From NCBI GenBank assembly GCA_963981015.1, contig CAXCCG010000005.1, forward strand, positions 726 through 64,725: DNA of 64,000 nucleotides, written 5' to 3'. The translations under genes and the position numbers were made by a program. The DNA is from an uncultured Gammaproteobacteria bacterium. Its GTDB lineage: Bacteria > Pseudomonadota > Gammaproteobacteria > GCF-002020875. Positions 46,687 to 55,831 of this stretch are shown here, piece after piece. The notes under the pieces were generated by a model. The model did no database searches, was not told the DNA's origin, and was given only the letters and a program-made list of their open reading frames with translations. Numbering within the stretch: position 1 is the first letter of the stretch; every line of letters begins with the position of its first letter.

Positions 46687-47600
46687 TGAGGTGTAACCTC
46701 CTTCAGTTGGCGGTGGTGGATGTTTAGAGCACAGTGCAGAATCCAGCTATTTTCGCTGTCTTCATCTGCGTTGTCTTGCAATTTTTGCAGCTCTTCCATA
46801 ACTTTTTCAATCATATAGACGGAGCGATGACGCCCTCCTGTGCAACCGATTGCAATTGTTAAGTAGGCTCGGTCTGTTGAGAGAAAGTGAGGAATCCAGC
46901 GTTGCAGGTAGAGGCTGATATCTTCAATCATCTGTCCTGTCTCTTCAGTCTGCTCAAGAAAGTGGGCCACCTTAGTGTCCTGCCCTGTCATGTGTCGTAG
47001 TTCAGGTTCCCAGTGGGGATTGGGGAGACAGCGTGCATCAAAGATAAAATCAGCATCTTTAGGTGCGCCATGTTTAAAACCGAAAGATTGTAGTTTCAAA
47101 AACAGGAGGTTGTGTTTCTGCTCAGTGATCCACTGGATCTGTTTCCGGAGTTGATAGATATTGGTTTGAGAGCTGTCGAGGCGGAAATCAGCACTGGATG
47201 CAATGGGGGCTAGCTGTTCAATTTCCTGATGGATTGAACTCTCTAATGTAGGGTTTTCGCGACTTAACGGGTGGGGGCGACGTGACTCCCCAAAGCGGCG
47301 GATAATGGTCTCTATATCGGCTTCGATAAAGATGAGTTGACACTCTACATCAGGGGTGTGGTGGAACTCTTTATGCAGAAGCTCGGGGAGTTGATGTAGC
47401 TTCTCTGAGTGATTACGCACATCAATTGAGAGGCCGATCAATTGGAATTTCCCTTGCAGGATTGGTAAGGCCTCGCTGCTGAAGGCAGGGAGCAGTTCAA
47501 TGGGAAGGTTATCTATACAATACCCTCCCTGGTCTTCAATGGCGTGTAGCGCAACACTTTTTCCAGCACCGGAAAGACCGCTGATGACAAAGAGGAGCAT
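46683..47600 (-). CDS. rapZ: RNase adapter protein RapZ (YhbJ)
   Basis: MLLFVISGLSGAGKSVALHAIEDQGGYCIDNLP aligns with the E. coli RapZ N terminus. It also has LTIAIGCTGGRHRSV. The ORF-track start at 47669 is a TTG inside a strong hairpin, so I prefer the ATG at 47600. Confidence 0.9.
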   Translation of the reverse strand: MLLFVISGLSGAGKSVALHAIEDQGGYCIDNLPIELLPAFSSEALPILQGKFQLIGLSIDVRNHSEKLHQLPELLHKEFHHTPDVECQLIFIEADIETIIRRFGESRRPHPLSRENPTLESSIHQEIEQLAPIASSADFRLDSSQTNIYQLRKQIQWITEQKHNLLFLKLQSFGFKHGAPKDADFIFDARCLPNPHWEPELRHMTGQDTKVAHFLEQTEETGQMIEDISLYLQRWIPHFLSTDRAYLTIAIGCTGGRHRSVYMIEKVMEELQKLQDNADEDSENSWILHCALNIHHRQLKEVTPQ

Positions 47601-47643
47601 AGATTTGATCTCTCTTGGAGTATCTTTGGGGGGTTCAGTCAGA

Positions 47644-47673
47644 CAGGTTGGCGACGAAAGGGTCGCCAACCTG
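47644..47673 (-). other. GC-rich stem-loop in the hpf-rapZ spacer
   Basis: A 12-bp perfect stem pairs caggttggcgac (47644-47655) with gtcgccaacctg (47662-47673) around a 6-nt loop. No T-run follows on either strand. Confidence 0.7.
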
Positions 47674-47725
47674 GATTACTTGTTCGACCAAAAGAGCCGG
47701 CAGGTTATAGTCTGCAGATAACCCC

Positions 47726-48016
47726 TTAACGGCGGCTATTCTGCTTCTCTTTATGTTTAATTACCTGACGATCCAGTTTGTCGATCAGGCCGTCAATTGC
47801 AGCGTACATATCTTCATTTGTACACTCTGCAAAAAGGTCGGCTCCACTGACGTGTAGTGTTGCTTCAGCCTTCTGGCGCAGTTTTTCAACACCAAGAACA
47901 ACATGAACATTGGTTACATTGTCGAAATGGCGCTCCAGCTTAGACACTTTTCCAGTGACATACTCATTGAGTGATGGGGTGACTTCGACATGATGGCCGG
48001 TAATATTCAGCTGCAT
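47726..48016 (-). CDS. hpf: Ribosome hibernation promoting factor (short HPF/YhbH type)
   Basis: 96 aa: MQLNITGHHVEVTPSLNEYVTGKVSKLERHFD. It lies immediately downstream of rpoN. Confidence 0.93.
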   Translation of the reverse strand: MQLNITGHHVEVTPSLNEYVTGKVSKLERHFDNVTNVHVVLGVEKLRQKAEATLHVSGADLFAECTNEDMYAAIDGLIDKLDRQVIKHKEKQNSRR

Positions 48017-48033
48017 TGTGCGCTCCTTATTAT

Positions 48034-49521
48034 TTATAGTGATCGTTTACGTTCATTCGATGGAGGTATCGAAAGAATGTCCCTGTATTTGGCCACAGTT
48101 CTGCGGGCCACCTTTACACCTTTCTCTGCCAGCATGGTCGCGATACGGTTGTCGCTGATGGGCTTAGCCGGATCCTCACTATTTACAATTTGGCGGATCA
48201 TTGCCCGCACGGCTGTAGCTGAGGTTCCATCGCCATCTGCTGTATTGAGTTGGCTTGAGAAGAAGTATTTGAGTTCAAAGATTCCCTGGGGAGTCTGAGC
48301 ATATTTGCTGGTTGTGACGCGTGATATGGTTGATTCATGCATCTCAATTGCATCTGCAATGGTACGCAGGGTGAGAGCCTTCATCTTCTCAGGCCCCTCT
48401 TCCAAAAAATCGGACTGCATCTGAAAAATATGAGAGGCAACCTTGAACAGCGTTTCATTGCGGTTTTGGAGGCTCTTTAGAAACCAGCGAGCCTCCTGAA
48501 TATTGTGGGTGATGTACTCTTTCTCATCACCACTGTGTTTCTGGCTTTTCAGTGTCTGGTAGAAGGGGCTGATGCGCAGCTTTGGGCTGGTTTCCGGAGT
48601 TAGCTCGATCTCCCAGTGATCTCCCCGTTTCTGTACGATCAGATCGGGAATTACATATTCAACCGGGGGCTCTTCAATTTGCTCACCGGGACGAGGGTCT
48701 AATGTACGGATCAGGGCGAGTGCCTGGGTAACTGTTTCAGCGTCACTTTTAAGTTTTTTACTGATCTGCTCCAGCGATTGGTTGCTGTTCAGGTTGGAAA
48801 TCAGTTTGAAGTGGTTCTCGATCCAGTTAAGTGCGACATTTTTTGCCCGGGACTCTTCATTCAGTTGTTGTAGCTGAAGTTTTAGGCACTCTTGCAGGTT
48901 TCGTGCACCGACGCCGGGTGGGTCAAACTGTTGAATAAGATGAAGCTGAGTGATGACCTCTTCCATTTCGACTTCTGGATCTTCCAGGTCAATAGAGTGA
49001 ATCAACTCATCCAGAGAGACTTCGAGGTAACCTTTGTTATCGATTGAGTCGATGAGTGTCAGTGCGATACTGTAGTCACGATCAGAAAGGGTGCGGGCGT
49101 GGAGTTGCCAGATCAAGTGGTCCTGTAGAGAGGCACTTACAGAGTGGACCTCCTGAGGTTCAATCTGCTCGCCTGGTGAGCTGTTACCCAGCATTGAGGG
49201 GATATCGTAAGTATCTTCCCAGCTGCTGTCACTCTCCAGCTCTTCAGGGATACTCTCAGATTCATTACTTGATGCCGTTTCGGTTGTAGCATCGCTCTCG
49301 GTGCTGTTGTTCGAACTGTTCTCCGCAGTTTCGCTACTATTTTCAGGTGTCCCCTCTTCGTCACTCTCCCCCTCTTCCAGCAGAGGGTTGCTTTCAAGGA
49401 TCTCCTGCACTTCTTGTTGAAGCTCGATAGCAGAGAGTTGCAGCATGCGGATCGCATGTTGCAATTGCGGGGTCATCTTGAGTTGCTGACCAATGCGGAG
49501 GTTAAGAGATTGATTCAGCAT
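48034..49521 (-). CDS. rpoN: RNA polymerase sigma-54 factor
   Basis: 495 aa with the N-terminal Gln-rich region I (LRIGQQLKMTPQLQHAIRMLQLS), an acidic region II and a C-terminal RpoN box (ARRTVAKYR). Confidence 0.98.
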   Translation of the reverse strand: MLNQSLNLRIGQQLKMTPQLQHAIRMLQLSAIELQQEVQEILESNPLLEEGESDEEGTPENSSETAENSSNNSTESDATTETASSNESESIPEELESDSSWEDTYDIPSMLGNSSPGEQIEPQEVHSVSASLQDHLIWQLHARTLSDRDYSIALTLIDSIDNKGYLEVSLDELIHSIDLEDPEVEMEEVITQLHLIQQFDPPGVGARNLQECLKLQLQQLNEESRAKNVALNWIENHFKLISNLNSNQSLEQISKKLKSDAETVTQALALIRTLDPRPGEQIEEPPVEYVIPDLIVQKRGDHWEIELTPETSPKLRISPFYQTLKSQKHSGDEKEYITHNIQEARWFLKSLQNRNETLFKVASHIFQMQSDFLEEGPEKMKALTLRTIADAIEMHESTISRVTTSKYAQTPQGIFELKYFFSSQLNTADGDGTSATAVRAMIRQIVNSEDPAKPISDNRIATMLAEKGVKVARRTVAKYRDILSIPPSNERKRSL

Positions 49522-49702
49522 TGGTGTCTAATAGATCTATATCCCATAGTTATATAGTAGTCACTTTATGTGGAGTTGTAACCGTTTTGAAGAGATCTTT
49601 TTCATCAATTCCGCTCTTTTTAGGAAAAATATCGTTTGATTCTTGGGTAGGAGGGGGTTTATGGAAAAATTGATCAACATCAAGGCTGTCGGAGTACTGG
49701 TG

Positions 49703-50458
49703 CTACATCTGGAATTGGTGACCGAGGTAGACCTGACGTACTTCACTATTTTCAAGAATGTGTTCAGGCGTGCCTTCTGCAATGACCGTTCCTTCATTGA
49801 TAATATAGGCGCGGTTGCAGACGTTTAAGGTCTCTCTTACGTTGTGGTCGGTAATGACTACACCGATGCCTCGCTGAGCAAGATGTTGTACCACTTTCTG
49901 GATATCGATCACTGAGATTGGGTCAACTCCTGCAAAAGGTTCATCCAGCAGAATAAAACGGGGATTTGCTGCTAATGCACGGGCAATTTCAACACGCCTA
50001 CGCTCTCCCCCTGAGAGGCTGGCACCCAGAGTATCCCGTATATGGGTAAGGTGAAACTCTTCAAGCAACCCCTCCATCTCAATGGCCTGGTCTGTTTCAC
50101 TGAGTCCTTGACGGTACTGGAGTATGGCTAGCAGGTTGTCCTCAACAGACAGTTTTTTGAAAACGGAGGGCTCTTGAGGAAGGTAACCGATCCCCATCTG
50201 GGCCCGCTTATGCATTGGGCGACGCGTCAGGTTATGACCATTGAGCTCAATGGTGCCTTTGTTGGCCCGAATGAGTCCGACAATCATGTAGAAAGAGGTG
50301 GTTTTTCCTGCTCCGTTGGGGCCGAGCAGTCCAATGATTTCTCCACCCTGCACTTCTATGGAGATATCCTGCACACCCCGCTTCTTGCCGAACCGTTTTT
50401 CTAGGTTTTTAGCGGAAAGTATTGAGGTTGTTCTCTCTTTAGTGGTTACCGTAGACAT
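49703..50458 (-). CDS. lptB: LPS export ABC transporter ATP-binding protein LptB
   Basis: 251 aa with [36 protein letters not shown] and [10 protein letters not shown]. Position and sequence are colinear with E. coli LptB. Confidence 0.96.
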   Translation of the reverse strand: MSTVTTKERTTSILSAKNLEKRFGKKRGVQDISIEVQGGEIIGLLGPNGAGKTTSFYMIVGLIRANKGTIELNGHNLTRRPMHKRAQMGIGYLPQEPSVFKKLSVEDNLLAILQYRQGLSETDQAIEMEGLLEEFHLTHIRDTLGASLSGGERRRVEIARALAANPRFILLDEPFAGVDPISVIDIQKVVQHLAQRGIGVVITDHNVRETLNVCNRAYIINEGTVIAEGTPEHILENSEVRQVYLGHQFQM

Positions 50459-50460
50459 TG

Positions 50461-50973
50461 TTAACGATAGTCAGACTGGATGTGGTCGCAATTACCCGGT
50501 GCACTGTCTGGGCGGAATACTGTACGCGTACGTGCTTTGGCTTTCATAATGTCACTTTTCATATCATAGATAATCCGTTTTCCCTTCTGTTCGCTCCCCT
50601 TTTGGCAGAAAGCAGCATCCCCGAGTAGTCGAATTTCATCATCATCACCGGCATAGACGATGCGGTCAGCCTTGCCTCGGACAGGGGCTTCTCCTTTGGT
50701 TGGAGTCTGCTGAAAGTAGGCCTGCTTCGGCTTCTTGCCAGAGATAATGGCCTCATGGAATTTTTTATCCTTAAAGTAAAGCTCTATTTTGTCAGAGTAG
50801 ATCTGCAGAGAGCCTTGGGTCAGGCGTACTGATCCGGTATAGACCGCATACCCTGACTGTTCTCTCAATTCAGCCGATTCAGAGGTGATTTCAAGAGGCT
50901 GATTCTGGTCTGAGGTGAGTGCGTGACTGGTTCCAGAGAGGGAGGTGAGTAGTGCGATTAGCAGATATTTCAT
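50461..50973 (-). CDS. lptA: LPS transport periplasmic protein LptA
   Basis: 170 aa with a signal peptide ([18 protein letters not shown]) and an OstA-like beta-jellyroll. It sits between lptC and lptB. Confidence 0.9.
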   Translation of the reverse strand: MKYLLIALLTSLSGTSHALTSDQNQPLEITSESAELREQSGYAVYTGSVRLTQGSLQIYSDKIELYFKDKKFHEAIISGKKPKQAYFQQTPTKGEAPVRGKADRIVYAGDDDEIRLLGDAAFCQKGSEQKGKRIIYDMKSDIMKAKARTRTVFRPDSAPGNCDHIQSDYR

Positions 50974-51021
50974 AGGCTGGTGTAGTGGTGATGAATTTGT
51001 TGTGTTGAGGATGAAATCATA

Positions 51022-51585
51022 TCAAGGGTCAAAGCGGCTTGTGGTGTTTTTCAGGAAATGGATCTCTCCACTCTTGAGCCATACTCTCGCCCCTGTTGAG
51101 GCAGAGGAGGAACGTTCGGTTGTGATGGTGATGAGATGGTCCGTTGCCACCAGTTCCTCTCTATTGTGTAATGTAAGAGACTCAGTTTCAATCAGTGTGA
51201 AGCGTTCACTCTCTTTTTCCCGCTGGTTAGCGACCACATCTCCTGTTAGCTCCATCTGATTGTTACCTTCCCAGCGAGTTGCTTTATCAGCACGTAGTAG
51301 CCAGGGAGGGGCGCTGGTTGAGTAGGTAACGACTCGAGGCTGGTGAAACAGAGCCTTATCATCCGCCGGAAAATGGTCAACACGTTCGGCACGAAAGATG
51401 GATTCTACTTTTCCTTCGGGACTCATCTGTTTGCGGTCAAAGCCCACGATATAGTAGTCGGTCTCTTGCAGAGCCTGTTTTTTTTCAAGAATAGGTTGAG
51501 GTGCCAGGTACCAGGTTACAGCAACAGCAATCATCAGCAGCAGGGTGATGAGGTGGTGAATTTTGAAGGTGCTGATTGATAACAT
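51022..51585 (-). CDS. lptC: LPS export system protein LptC
   Basis: 187 aa with a single N-terminal TM helix. Size and position between kdsC and lptA match LptC. Confidence 0.85.
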   Translation of the reverse strand: MLSISTFKIHHLITLLLMIAVAVTWYLAPQPILEKKQALQETDYYIVGFDRKQMSPEGKVESIFRAERVDHFPADDKALFHQPRVVTYSTSAPPWLLRADKATRWEGNNQMELTGDVVANQREKESERFTLIETESLTLHNREELVATDHLITITTERSSSASTGARVWLKSGEIHFLKNTTSRFDP

Positions 51586-51628
51586 GGTGTGTAGTTTAGA
51601 GGTGCTCCCTGGTTAGGCTTATAGAGGT

Positions 51629-52177
51629 TTAGTTAGTGAGTGTGGACAGGTGTGCGTCAATGGTTGGTTGTAGTGTCCCCTGGATATGCATGATCAAATC
51701 ACAAACATCACGAGCGCCTCCGAGCCCTCCTTTGCCGGGTGTGGTCCAGTGGGCACGTTTGATGACCTCCGGGTGTGCATCTGCTACAGCGATGGAGAGT
51801 CCTACCTGTGTCATTACAGGGAGATCAATCAGATCATCTCCCACATAGGCAACCTGCTCATGGCTCAATTGTAGTTTTTCAGCAATTTGTTTGAAAGCGG
51901 GTATTTTGTCCGCTTGCCCCTGGTAAAAGTGGCGAATCCCCAAATTTTCCATACGATGAGCAACGACCGGAGAGCTACGAGCAGTGATGATGGCAACCTC
52001 GATACCACTTTGCATCAACAGCTTCATACCCAAGCCATCTTTTGAGTAGAAGGCCTTGTATTCTTGTCCATTATCACCAAAATAGAGGCGACCATCGGTA
52101 AGAACACCATCGACATCAAAGATAACCAAGCGGGTCTTTTTAATGCGTTGTTTAAGCTCTTCTGAGATCGACATCAT
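51629..52177 (-). CDS. kdsC: 3-deoxy-D-manno-octulosonate 8-phosphate phosphatase
   Basis: 182 aa with HAD motifs (LVIFDVDGVLTDG and YVGDDLIDLP). Confidence 0.93.
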   Translation of the reverse strand: MMSISEELKQRIKKTRLVIFDVDGVLTDGRLYFGDNGQEYKAFYSKDGLGMKLLMQSGIEVAIITARSSPVVAHRMENLGIRHFYQGQADKIPAFKQIAEKLQLSHEQVAYVGDDLIDLPVMTQVGLSIAVADAHPEVIKRAHWTTPGKGGLGGARDVCDLIMHIQGTLQPTIDAHLSTLTN

Positions 52178-52179
52178 GG

Positions 52180-53151
52180 TTAAACGGCCTTGGCATGGAG
52201 TAGGTCGAGCATATTCAGTGCTCCAACGACCAACCCTTGTGGATCTACCACAAAAAGTCCGTTGATGTTCTTTTGGTCCATGATATTGAGAGCCTCTTCG
52301 ACCAACATATCAGCCTGAATGGTGGTACAGGTGGTGGTCATCACCTGGTCAATCGGGGTGTCTAGGACATCTATTTTATGATCAATCGTTCGACGTAGAT
52401 CCCCGTCGGTATAAATTCCCAAAATTTTACCAGAGCCATCGACAACAGCAGTCATCCCCAGGCCTTTGGAGGTCATCTCCAGAAGTGCATCACGAATCAT
52501 TGAGCCGCTGGTGATTAATGGAATACGCTCAGCCTTGTGCATGATATCTTCAATGCGCAGCAGTAGTCGCCGTCCTAAAGCTCCTGCAGGATGTGAACGT
52601 GCGAAATCTTCAGCAGTAAATCCACGGCTTTCGAGTAAGGCAATCGCCAGGGCATCTCCCATTACCAGGGTAGCAGTAGTGCTTGAGGTGGGGGCGAGCC
52701 CCAGTGGGCAGGCCTCCTTCTCAACCGCAATATTGAGATGGACTTCTGAGGCTTTGGCCAGCGTCGACTCCGGGTTCCCCGTCAGAGAGATCATCGGTAT
52801 ACCAAGACGTTTGATGACCGGTAGTATCATCAATACCTCGCTGGTCTCGCCTGAATTGGAGAGAGCAACCACGACATCACTCTGTGTCACCATCCCCAGA
52901 TCACCGTGACTCGCTTCACCTGGGTGGACAAAAAATGCGGGTGACCCAGTACTTGCCAGAGTGGCAGCAATTTTGCTGCCAATATGACCTGATTTTCCCA
53001 TGCCGATCACAACGATGCGCCCCTGACACTGAAGCATAATATTGCAGGCTTTTTCAAAGGTGTGGTCAATGCGCTCCAATAGCGCTTCGATCGCTTTGGC
53101 TTCCTCTTGAATTACAGCCTTTCCGAGAGTGGTGAGGGTGGTATGGTTCAT
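52180..53151 (-). CDS. kdsD: Arabinose-5-phosphate isomerase
   Basis: 323 aa with a SIS domain (VVIGMGKSGHIGSKIAATLASTGSPAFFVHPGEASHGDLG) and a tandem CBS pair. Confidence 0.95.
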   Translation of the reverse strand: MNHTTLTTLGKAVIQEEAKAIEALLERIDHTFEKACNIMLQCQGRIVVIGMGKSGHIGSKIAATLASTGSPAFFVHPGEASHGDLGMVTQSDVVVALSNSGETSEVLMILPVIKRLGIPMISLTGNPESTLAKASEVHLNIAVEKEACPLGLAPTSSTTATLVMGDALAIALLESRGFTAEDFARSHPAGALGRRLLLRIEDIMHKAERIPLITSGSMIRDALLEMTSKGLGMTAVVDGSGKILGIYTDGDLRRTIDHKIDVLDTPIDQVMTTTCTTIQADMLVEEALNIMDQKNINGLFVVDPQGLVVGALNMLDLLHAKAV

Positions 53152-53182
53152 TGTCTGCTCTGGTTAATTTGTGAATAAAACC

Positions 53183-54187
53183 CTAAAGCGTCTGTTGGTA
53201 GAGTAGTGCCATATAGCCAGTGAAGCAGCTCAACAGGATTACCCCTTCCACCCTGCCAATGGATCGCTTGTCACTTTTGAAGAGTGTTGCCATTAAAAAC
53301 AGTAGAACCGTGAGACCCGCCATGGTCGTGTAATCTCGAGTGAGAACAAGGTTGTCGATAGGGGAGGGGTCGATCAGTCCGGGCAGTGCCAGGACTCCAA
53401 GAATATTGAAAAGATTGGAGCCAATGATGTTTCCAATGGCCATGTCGTGTTCCTGCTTCCTGGCAGCCGTAATTGAGGCGGCGAGCTCCGGCAGACTGGT
53501 GCCGATGGCGATAATGGTCAAGCCAATGATGAGTTCACTGATTTCAAAGGCGTAGGCAATCTCGACAGCGGCCCAGACAATCAATCGTGAGCTCAGCAAC
53601 AGCAACACCAAGCCGGTAAAAGTCCAGAGTAGAGCACTTTTCAGTGTCACTCCTTGGGGAATCTCTTCGGAGACCTCTGGTGCCAGAGTATCATCGGGCG
53701 TGCTCTCTGAGCCGTTCATAATCAGCCAGCCCATCAATAGAAGCAGGGAACAGAAGAGAATTGCACCATCAAGCCGGTCCAGTGAGTAATCCAGTAGCAT
53801 CAATCCACAAACGGCTGTTACGACCAGTAGAATTGGAAACTCTCTTCGCAGAAGTGCAGAGCGGACGGTGATTGGTAGAATCAGTGCTGTTGTCCCGAGT
53901 ACCAAGGCGATGTTGGCAATATTGGAGCCAATGGCATTACCGATACCGATGCCGGGACTCCCTTCCAGTGCTGCAAGAGAGGAGACCATCAACTCAGGTG
54001 CGCTGGTTCCAAACCCCATAATTACCAGACCAATAACCAGTGGCGAGACATTGAGATGCTGAGCAGTTGCTGCTGCACCGTGGACAAAGCGGTCAGCACT
54101 CCAGACCAGGAGTGCGATGCCAGCGATAATGGCGATAAAATTTTCAATCATAGGGAGGGTAGTATACCGTTGTTTACTATTCTGCAT
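53183..54187 (-). CDS. yrbG: Ca2+/Na+ antiporter family (CaCA, YrbG-like) membrane protein
   Basis: 334 aa with two alpha-repeat motifs (GFGTSAPELMVS and AIGTSLPELAAS). It is adjacent to kdsD, as yrbG is in E. coli. Confidence 0.88.
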   Translation of the reverse strand: MQNSKQRYTTLPMIENFIAIIAGIALLVWSADRFVHGAAATAQHLNVSPLVIGLVIMGFGTSAPELMVSSLAALEGSPGIGIGNAIGSNIANIALVLGTTALILPITVRSALLRREFPILLVVTAVCGLMLLDYSLDRLDGAILFCSLLLLMGWLIMNGSESTPDDTLAPEVSEEIPQGVTLKSALLWTFTGLVLLLLSSRLIVWAAVEIAYAFEISELIIGLTIIAIGTSLPELAASITAARKQEHDMAIGNIIGSNLFNILGVLALPGLIDPSPIDNLVLTRDYTTMAGLTVLLFLMATLFKSDKRSIGRVEGVILLSCFTGYMALLYQQTL

Positions 54188-54295
54188 ATCGACAACATTG
54201 GCTCTACCTGCCTAAAGAGCAGGTTGTTGAGGTTGTAGTTCGGAGTATGGTAATAACCTGCCGAGAGCAGTTCTATATTTATGGAGTGACCACTA

Positions 54296-54877
54296 TTGAA
54301 AACGCAGCGCACGCATCTACAGTTTGGTACCTTGGGGTGGGGAGAAGGTTTTGAGCAGGCCAACTTCTTTCCGGAAGATTTACCAGATGAGTGGCGTTTG
54401 ACTTACCTGTCAAATGAGTTCAACTGCGTCGCCATTTCTGTCGTTGAATTGCAGTCTCTGGATGTTGATGTCGTTGAAGAGTGGGTTGATGATACCCATG
54501 ATCAGTTCGGCTTCTATCTGAGGATCGATGCAGTATTGTCACAGGAGTCCCTGTTTGAAAAACTCAGTCCACTCAAAGAGAGGTTGAGAGGTATATTGCT
54601 TGAAGACGGGGTTGAGGCTGCTGCAGCTAATGGGGTGAGGTTTATTGACTTGAAACCGGTCTTAATCAAAGGTGAGTCGATGGAGAGTGTGGTTCGACTG
54701 GTGGCTGGTGAAGGAGTTGCGTTAATTGAGCTGCAGCAGCCGCTTGCCCCAATGGAGGTACGTCGTGTAGTGGAGCGGTTACGTGAACTGTCTGTTGATA
54801 CCCTGCTGTTTGTCCCCTCGGCTGGGTTAATGGAAAGTGTGGCTACCTTTGAGACTATTTCCTCATTATTAGGGTAG
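54296..54877 (+). CDS. Hypothetical protein, short and divergent DUF72 (YecE/UPF0759)-like
   Basis: 193 aa from a TTG start, with GGAG 9 nt upstream. The N-terminal LQFGTLGWGEGFEQANFFPEDLPDEWRLTYLSNEFNCVAISVVE...WVDDTHDQFGFYLRI follows the DUF72 pattern (IGTSGW...W...FYP......L.YYA..F..VE.N..FY......W....P..F.F..K). It is about 70-90 aa shorter than typical family members. Confidence 0.5.
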   Translation: MKTQRTHLQFGTLGWGEGFEQANFFPEDLPDEWRLTYLSNEFNCVAISVVELQSLDVDVVEEWVDDTHDQFGFYLRIDAVLSQESLFEKLSPLKERLRGILLEDGVEAAAANGVRFIDLKPVLIKGESMESVVRLVAGEGVALIELQQPLAPMEVRRVVERLRELSVDTLLFVPSAGLMESVATFETISSLLG

Positions 54878-54949
54878 TCAGGATAGAGACCACTTGAGCT
54901 GAGACAACAGGTATAATTGCGTGATTAACCGCTCATTTGAAACTTACTT

Positions 54950-55831
54950 GTGTCTAGTACAGCCCGCAAAAAAAGACAGTCCTATGCTGCCCGTAACCGC
55001 CCCGGCCGGAAACGGGCAAATCGCCTGGTGCGTATTCGTGATCTTGAGTTTTCTCATGAAGGACGTTTTGGAGATGCTGCTACACTGTTTAAAGGGGTTA
55101 ACCTCGATGTCTATCGTGGGCAGGTGGTAGCTATTTTAGGCCCCAGCGGGACTGGCAAGACAACGCTGTTGAAGCTGATTGGTGGTCAACTCTCCCCTGC
55201 CCAAGGGAGTATCGAAGTGGATGGTGAGGCACTGTCTATGCTCAAGAGAAAAGGGCTCTACCAGCTGCGTAAGCGAATCGGAATGCTGTTTCAAAGTGGT
55301 GCACTGCTGACGGATATGACGGTGTTTGAAAATGTAGCATTTCCAGTACGGGAACACACCGACCTGCCTGAGGTAATGATTCAGGATCTGGTCAGAATGA
55401 AGCTGGAAGCTGTTGGGTTGCGTGGGGCAGAGTCGCTTCTGCCGGCAGAACTCTCAGGGGGAATGGCTCGTCGTGTGGCCTTGGCGAGAGCTATTGCGCT
55501 TGATCCGATGATGGTGCTATACGATGAGCCATTTACCGGTCAGGATCCCATCTCCATGGGGGTTCTGATCAAGTTGATACGAGAGCTCAATCGAACTTTG
55601 AGGTTAACCAGTGTAGTGGTCTCTCATGATGTGCAGGAGACACTCTCCATTGCGGACTATGTCTATCTGCTTGCGGAAGGAGAGGTGATTGGTAAGGGAA
55701 CTCCAGATCAGATACGTCATGCAAAATCACCCAGGGTTCAGCAATTTCTGCGCGGAGAACCGGATGGACCGGTCCCCTTTCACTATCCTGCCGAGGATTT
55801 TGCAACGCAACTACTTGGAGGGATCGAGTGA
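54950..55831 (+). CDS. mlaF: Phospholipid (Mla) ABC transporter ATP-binding protein MlaF
   Basis: [32 protein letters not shown] and the C-terminal [21 protein letters not shown] are colinear with E. coli MlaF. The start is uncertain: GTG at 54950 gives a basic 26-aa extension, and GTG at 55028 is the alternative. Confidence 0.9.
   Translation: MSSTARKKRQSYAARNRPGRKRANRLVRIRDLEFSHEGRFGDAATLFKGVNLDVYRGQVVAILGPSGTGKTTLLKLIGGQLSPAQGSIEVDGEALSMLKRKGLYQLRKRIGMLFQSGALLTDMTVFENVAFPVREHTDLPEVMIQDLVRMKLEAVGLRGAESLLPAELSGGMARRVALARAIALDPMMVLYDEPFTGQDPISMGVLIKLIRELNRTLRLTSVVVSHDVQETLSIADYVYLLAEGEVIGKGTPDQIRHAKSPRVQQFLRGEPDGPVPFHYPAEDFATQLLGGIE

Noticed and set aside
47601-47669. 23-codon N-terminal extension of rapZ from a TTG at 47669.
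   Set aside because: The TTG lies inside a 12-bp GC-rich hairpin. The extension has no homology to RapZ, whereas the ATG at 47600 aligns with residue 1 of E. coli RapZ.
49561-49797. 78-aa minus-strand ORF spanning the 180-nt lptB-rpoN spacer and overlapping the lptB 3' end.
   Set aside because: It overlaps lptB out of frame, has no RBS and no recognisable domain. The spacer more likely holds the rpoN promoter or untranslated region.
54921-55130. 69-aa ORF from a GTG just downstream of the TATAAT, in a different frame from mlaF.
   Set aside because: It overlaps the conserved MlaF N-terminal region out of frame, and its product has no features.
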